Shown here: in pieces, positions 60,008-64,000 of the stretch
Layout of the letters: the number at the start of each line of letters is the position of its first letter
Position numbering within the stretch: position 1 is the first letter of the stretch
Made by a program: the position numbers and the translations under genes
Assembly: GCA_965215505.1 (NCBI GenBank)
Contig: OZ244065.1
Coordinates: 3,680,001-3,744,000, forward strand
Origin: Capsulimonadaceae bacterium
GTDB lineage: Bacteria; Armatimonadota; Armatimonadia; Armatimonadales; Capsulimonadaceae
Reading direction: 5' to 3'
Length of the DNA stretch: 64,000 bases
Notes under the pieces: generated by a model
Databases searched by the model: none
The model's input: only the letters and a program-made list of their open reading frames with translations
Told to the model about the DNA's origin: nothing

Positions 60008-60035
60008 TTATCGGCGCGCGGGAGGGGGGGCCGTA
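60008..60035 (-). promoter_or_regulatory. Possible sigma28 promoter for the HDOD gene
   Basis: Perfect -10 GCCGATAA; weak -35 TACG at N16. Confidence 0.45.
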
Positions 60036-60116
60036 TCGGGAAGAATACGGGGGTTGGTGTGGGTTCCGCCGGACTTGAAGAGAAGGGAGGAAAGGCGAGT
60101 AGGAAGGGCGAACACG

Positions 60117-60327
60117 GGAAGGGCGAACGGGACAGGAAGGGCGAACGGGACAGGAAGGGCGAACGGGACAGGAAGGGCGAACGGGACAGGAAGGGCGAAC
60201 GGGACAGGAAGGGCGAACGGGACAGGAAGGGCGAACGGGACAGGAAGGGCGAACACAAGGTTCGCCCCTACGGGGCAGACGGACAGGACGTTTGGACGGA
60301 TGTAGGGCGCGAACCTTGTGTTCGCCC
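60117..60327. repeat. Seven copies of an 18-bp tandem repeat abutting an inverted REP pair
   Basis: (GGAAGGGCGAACGGGACA)x7 at 60117-60242, then GGGCGAACACAAGGTTCGCCCCTAC and an inverse copy at 60302. Confidence 0.9.
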
Positions 60328-60418
60328 TTCCCGTCCTGTCGGCTCCCCCGTCGCCCAGGCTCCCCTGCCTTAGAGCAGCCACGCCCGAGCCGGCGCCGAT
60401 GCAGAAAGGCAAGCTCTA

Positions 60419-60755
60419 ATGACAAAAAACTCAGTGACCTTTGAAGCGTCGGGCGGGAACGTGTTCGCCGACTTCGACATACCGGACGCCGACGAGCATC
60501 TTGTCAAGGCGGACCTCGCCTTCCACATCCGCCAAGCCCTTCAGGAGCGCGGGCTGACGCAGACGGAGGCCGCCAGGCTGCTCGGGACCAGTCAGGCCCG
60601 CATCTCAGAATCTCTGCAACGGCCGGGTGGCTCGGATGACGTATGACCGCCTCCTGGTCTGGCTGAACGTCTTGGGGAACGACGTGCGAATCACCGTCGT
60701 CACGACCGGCGCGGACGAGCGGCGTGCGCGTGGCAAAACGCTCCTCAGCGTGTGA
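60419..60755 (+). pseudogene. XRE HTH antitoxin-like gene with a one-base frameshift near 60610
   Basis: GNVFADFDIPDA..LTQTEAARLLGTSQARIS continues in another frame as LCNGRVARMTYDRLLVWLNVLGNDVRI. Confidence 0.75.
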
Positions 60756-61096
60756 CTGTCCTTCTCACATGATGGAGGCGCAGACAAAAGCCGCCGGAAC
60801 CACATTAGGTTCCGACGGCTGACGGGCGATATACCTCCTAGTGGGTACGGCAGAATGCCTTGTGTGTGCCCCATGCTTTCAGGCATGGTGGCTAAATGAT
60901 ACAGCCATTTCCGGAAGCATCTGCCATACCAGTTGCGATATATGGATCATCCCCAGCACTTTGACACGCATCCACCTGAACATAGTTATAGGGTGGTAAG
61001 TGCCATTTTACTCCCAGGGCTGCGCTTTCATCGGGTGAAGATAGTTTAACCTACTTCGGAACAACTACTTATGAATTGGGTGTTTCTCGCAGAGCG

Positions 61097-62575
61097 TTAG
61101 GTCCCGCAGAACGTTTGGGACACCCGCTCATCGTCCTGCGGCGGCTCCGCGTAGGGCGCAAAGGTCGGCTGGTCGTCAAACGGCTTCGACAGAACAGTCA
61201 GCAGCTCCTCGAACGGGCCGAAATCGTCCGCCTCGACGGCCGCCCGGATGACCGCCTCCACCCGGTGGTTGCGCGGGATGAAGGCTGGGTTCGCCGCCCG
61301 CATGGCCGCCTGGCACGCCGCAACGCCCGTCGGCTCCTGGCCCAGACGCTGCCGCCAGCGCGCGGCCCACCCGTCGAATGCGGACGGGTCGGCAAAGAGG
61401 ACCCGCACACCCGAGTCGCCTTCAGGGCTGGGCGCGGCGTCACTCAGCAAGCGGAACGTGAGCGTGAAGTCGGCACCGTTCGCGCTCATCGCCGTCAGCA
61501 GATCGTTCCCGAGCGCCGCGTCACCCTCGCGCTCCGTGAGAAGGCCCAGCTTGCGCCTCAGCCCCGCCTCGTAAGCCTCCTCGAAGGACGGCGCGTAGGC
61601 CCCGAGCGCCTCCTGCGCCTCCGCGACGGCTGCGGCGGCGTCCTCGGACAGGAGCGGCAGGAGACACTCAGCGAGCCGCGTCAGGTTCCACCGGCCGATG
61701 GCGGGCTGGTTCCCGTAGGCGTAGCGCCCCTGGACGTCAATCGCGCTGAAGAAGGCGTCGGGGTCGTACCGGTCCAGGAAGGCGCAGGGGCCGTAGTCAA
61801 TCGTCTCGCCGGCGACGGACATGTTATCCGTGTTCATCACCCCATGGATGAACCCGACCAGCAGCCACCGAGCGATCAGCCCCGCCTGCGCCCCGATCAC
61901 CGCGTCCAGCAGCGCGCGGTACGGGCGCTCCGCGCGGCCCGCGTCCGGGTAGTGGCGCGCGATGACGTGGTCCGCGAGCAGACGCACCCCCTCCACGTCG
62001 CCCCGCCCCGCGAAGAACTGGAACGTGCCGACGCGGACGTGACTGGAGGCGACGCGCGTCAGCACGGCACCGGGGAGCATCGTTTCCCGCCTCACGCTTT
62101 CCCCTGTTGTCACCGCGGCGAGGGCGCGAGTCGTGGGAATGCCCAGGGCCGCCATCGCCTCGCTGACGACGTATTCGCGCAGGACCGGCCCCAGCGCGGC
62201 CCTGCCGTCGCCGCGCCGCGAGAAGGGCGTCGGGCCTGAGCCTTTGAGCTGGATGTCGCGCCGGGTCCCGCCCCGGTCGAGGACCTCGCCGAGCAGGATG
62301 GCACGGCCGTCCCCCAGTTGCGGCACGAACCCGCCGAACTGGTGCCCCGCGTAAGCCGCCGCGAGAGGCTCGGCGCCCTCGGGGACACGGTTGCCGGCCA
62401 GGACTTCCACGCCCTCCGCGCTGGCGAGCCAGTCCGGGTCAAGGCGGAGGTGCCGTGCGAGGGGCCGGTTGAGCCGGATCAGCCGGGGCGCGGCGACCGG
62501 CGTGGGCGCGGTGCGCGTGAAGAAGCGCTCGGGCAGCCGCGCGTAGGTGTTATCTAAAGGGAACTGAATATTCAT
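61097..62575 (-). CDS. selO: Protein adenylyltransferase SelO (YdiU)
   Basis: YAGHQFG, QLGDGRA, KGSG.TPFSR.GDGRA, HGVMNTDN, TIDYGP, C-terminal TFCGT. Confidence 0.96.
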   Translation of the reverse strand: MNIQFPLDNTYARLPERFFTRTAPTPVAAPRLIRLNRPLARHLRLDPDWLASAEGVEVLAGNRVPEGAEPLAAAYAGHQFGGFVPQLGDGRAILLGEVLDRGGTRRDIQLKGSGPTPFSRRGDGRAALGPVLREYVVSEAMAALGIPTTRALAAVTTGESVRRETMLPGAVLTRVASSHVRVGTFQFFAGRGDVEGVRLLADHVIARHYPDAGRAERPYRALLDAVIGAQAGLIARWLLVGFIHGVMNTDNMSVAGETIDYGPCAFLDRYDPDAFFSAIDVQGRYAYGNQPAIGRWNLTRLAECLLPLLSEDAAAAVAEAQEALGAYAPSFEEAYEAGLRRKLGLLTEREGDAALGNDLLTAMSANGADFTLTFRLLSDAAPSPEGDSGVRVLFADPSAFDGWAARWRQRLGQEPTGVAACQAAMRAANPAFIPRNHRVEAVIRAAVEADDFGPFEELLTVLSKPFDDQPTFAPYAEPPQDDERVSQTFCGT

Positions 62576-62979
62576 TGAAGGCTTCCGTCATCCCGGCCTG
62601 TGAGTCACACAGGACTCAGTCAAAGAGGATGCTCAAAGAGATTAGCCACGGCGGGCGTGAAAACAACATGGGACCGTCTCGGCCCCACCGCCATGTGGAA
62701 ACCCGCGCGTATCCGACGGGCGTTTGAAGCGCCTTGCGTTGTTATGCCTTGCCGTCAGACGCCTTCACGTTCCTTTTGCCGATTATACCGCGTGGAATGG
62801 GCTTTTGATTGTTGAGCATGTGGTTCATTCAGGCTTCTTCCAGCGCGTAATCCGCCGCCTGCCGCTCGTATATCCCCTGTGGGCCGCCCCCCCCGCAGCC
62901 GCGCGGGGCAGGAATGAGGCGAGGGGGGAGCGTATAGGGCATCACGGCGTTTGCCGGAAGGCGGGAGGCAGAGAAAAGC

Positions 62980-64000
62980 ATGGAATGGGAACAGGTGGGG
63001 CCGGGGGTGTATCGGTTCCCCGAGAGCTGCAACGTCTACGCCCTGGCCGGGCCGGAGGGCAGCGTGATCGTGGACGCGGGCACGGGGCGGTGGCTCGATC
63101 ACCTCGCGGCCCTGCCCGCGCCGCCGGTCGCATTGCTGCTGACCCACTACTTCCGGGACCACGCGGCGGGGGCGGCGTCGGCGGCACGGGCGGGCATCCC
63201 CGTGTGGGTGCCGGAGGGGGAGCGGGCGATCCTGAGCGACCCCGGCCAGCACTTCCGGGAGCGCGAGACGTACATCATTTACGACAACCTGTGGGACCTG
63301 TTCGCGCCCATCGAGGGCGTGCCGGTCGCGGGCATCCTGCGCGATTATGAGACGGTGCGGCTGGGCGGGCTGGACATCGAGGTCCTGCCGCTGCCGGGCG
63401 TGACGCTGACGCAGATCGGGCTGGCCTTCGGGATGCCGCAGCCGGGCGGCGGGGTGCGCCGGGTCGTCTGCTGCGGGGAGGCCATCCACTCGCCGGGGCG
63501 GCTCGCCCGGATCGCGCCGCTTCAATACAATTACAACGACCTGGGCGGCGCGGTGAACGCCTTCACGTCCGCCCGCCGCCTGCGGGACTACAGGCCGGAC
63601 GTCCTGCTGCCCAGCCTGGGCGAGCCGATGCTGAGTAATACGGACGACGCCCTGGCGCGGCTTCAAGCCTCGCTCCGGCTGCTGGTCGCGGGCCGTCCGG
63701 GCATGACGGATCGGCTGGACAATCTCGGACCGGACCCTTTGGAGCGCGTCACCGACCACGTCTGGAAGACGACGCACGCGCACAGCGTCAACTGGTTCCT
63801 CGTGAGCGACTCCGGCAAGGTGCTTGTCATTGACTACGGCTACGACGCCCACAACCTCACAAGTACGAACTACCCGCGCCCGGCTAACCGCCGCGCCTCG
63901 CTGCACAGCCTGGAAGCTCTGAAGGGAAGGTTCGGGGCTGACCGCATTGATGTCGTATTGGTGAGCCACTTCCACGACGATCATGTCTGCGGCATCCCCC
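62980..64000 (+). CDS. Tandem metallo-beta-lactamase-fold hydrolase, 3' end outside the window
   Basis: ATG 62980; SCNVYAL, IVDAG, THYFRDH; second domain with VIDYG and SHFHDDH. Confidence 0.85.
   Translation, partial: MEWEQVGPGVYRFPESCNVYALAGPEGSVIVDAGTGRWLDHLAALPAPPVALLLTHYFRDHAAGAASAARAGIPVWVPEGERAILSDPGQHFRERETYIIYDNLWDLFAPIEGVPVAGILRDYETVRLGGLDIEVLPLPGVTLTQIGLAFGMPQPGGGVRRVVCCGEAIHSPGRLARIAPLQYNYNDLGGAVNAFTSARRLRDYRPDVLLPSLGEPMLSNTDDALARLQASLRLLVAGRPGMTDRLDNLGPDPLERVTDHVWKTTHAHSVNWFLVSDSGKVLVIDYGYDAHNLTSTNYPRPANRRASLHSLEALKGRFGADRIDVVLVSHFHDDHVCGIP

Noticed and set aside
60117-60242. Possible CRISPR array
   Set aside because: Identical 18-bp units with no unique spacers, and no cas genes
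60780-61075. AT-richer stretch that might be a gene
   Set aside because: Only short stop-interrupted frames were found; at most an unidentifiable remnant
61097-61115. Selenocysteine in SelO
   Set aside because: Ends TFCGT-TAA with Cys and has no in-frame TGA

Overview
GC-rich bacterial chromosome segment with about 55 CDS. No rRNA, tRNA or CRISPR array was found. The lineage is probably Armatimonadota (Capsulimonas-like); this is an inference from the VPEASTT-type PEP-CTERM tail, a DUF1559 prepilin-like gene, a WP..SRLIP lipoprotein and a VWPPPP-tail membrane protein. Host-like genes cover carbohydrate enzymes, glgB, an M3 peptidase, mdlC, selO, c-di-GMP and HDOD signalling, a STAND ATPase and an alpha-2-macroglobulin. 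They are interleaved with small, more AT-rich islets: an excisionase-like HTH plus a possible ART-fold gene, a HEPN pair, VapBC, a type II R-M pair, an MTase-Mrr fusion, a HigBA remnant and orphan antitoxins. An intact IS630 splits a HEAT-repeat membrane gene. Intergenic DNA carries several REP/REPIN-like palindrome families. The best novelty candidates are (1) a thioester alpha-2-macroglobulin with a GspG-like pseudopilin domain and a secretin-N-like peptide in its bait region, next to a pilin-like gene, and (2) a leaderless HTH + putative ADP-ribosyltransferase-fold module. Other notable items are REP ends with 18-nt tandem tails, a captured glgB promoter fused to a HigB remnant, three sigma28-like promoters, and a shared leader before two PEP-CTERM genes. 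Four single-base frameshifts, three of them in homopolymers, may be assembly errors. All family calls come from motif recognition by eye, not from database searches.
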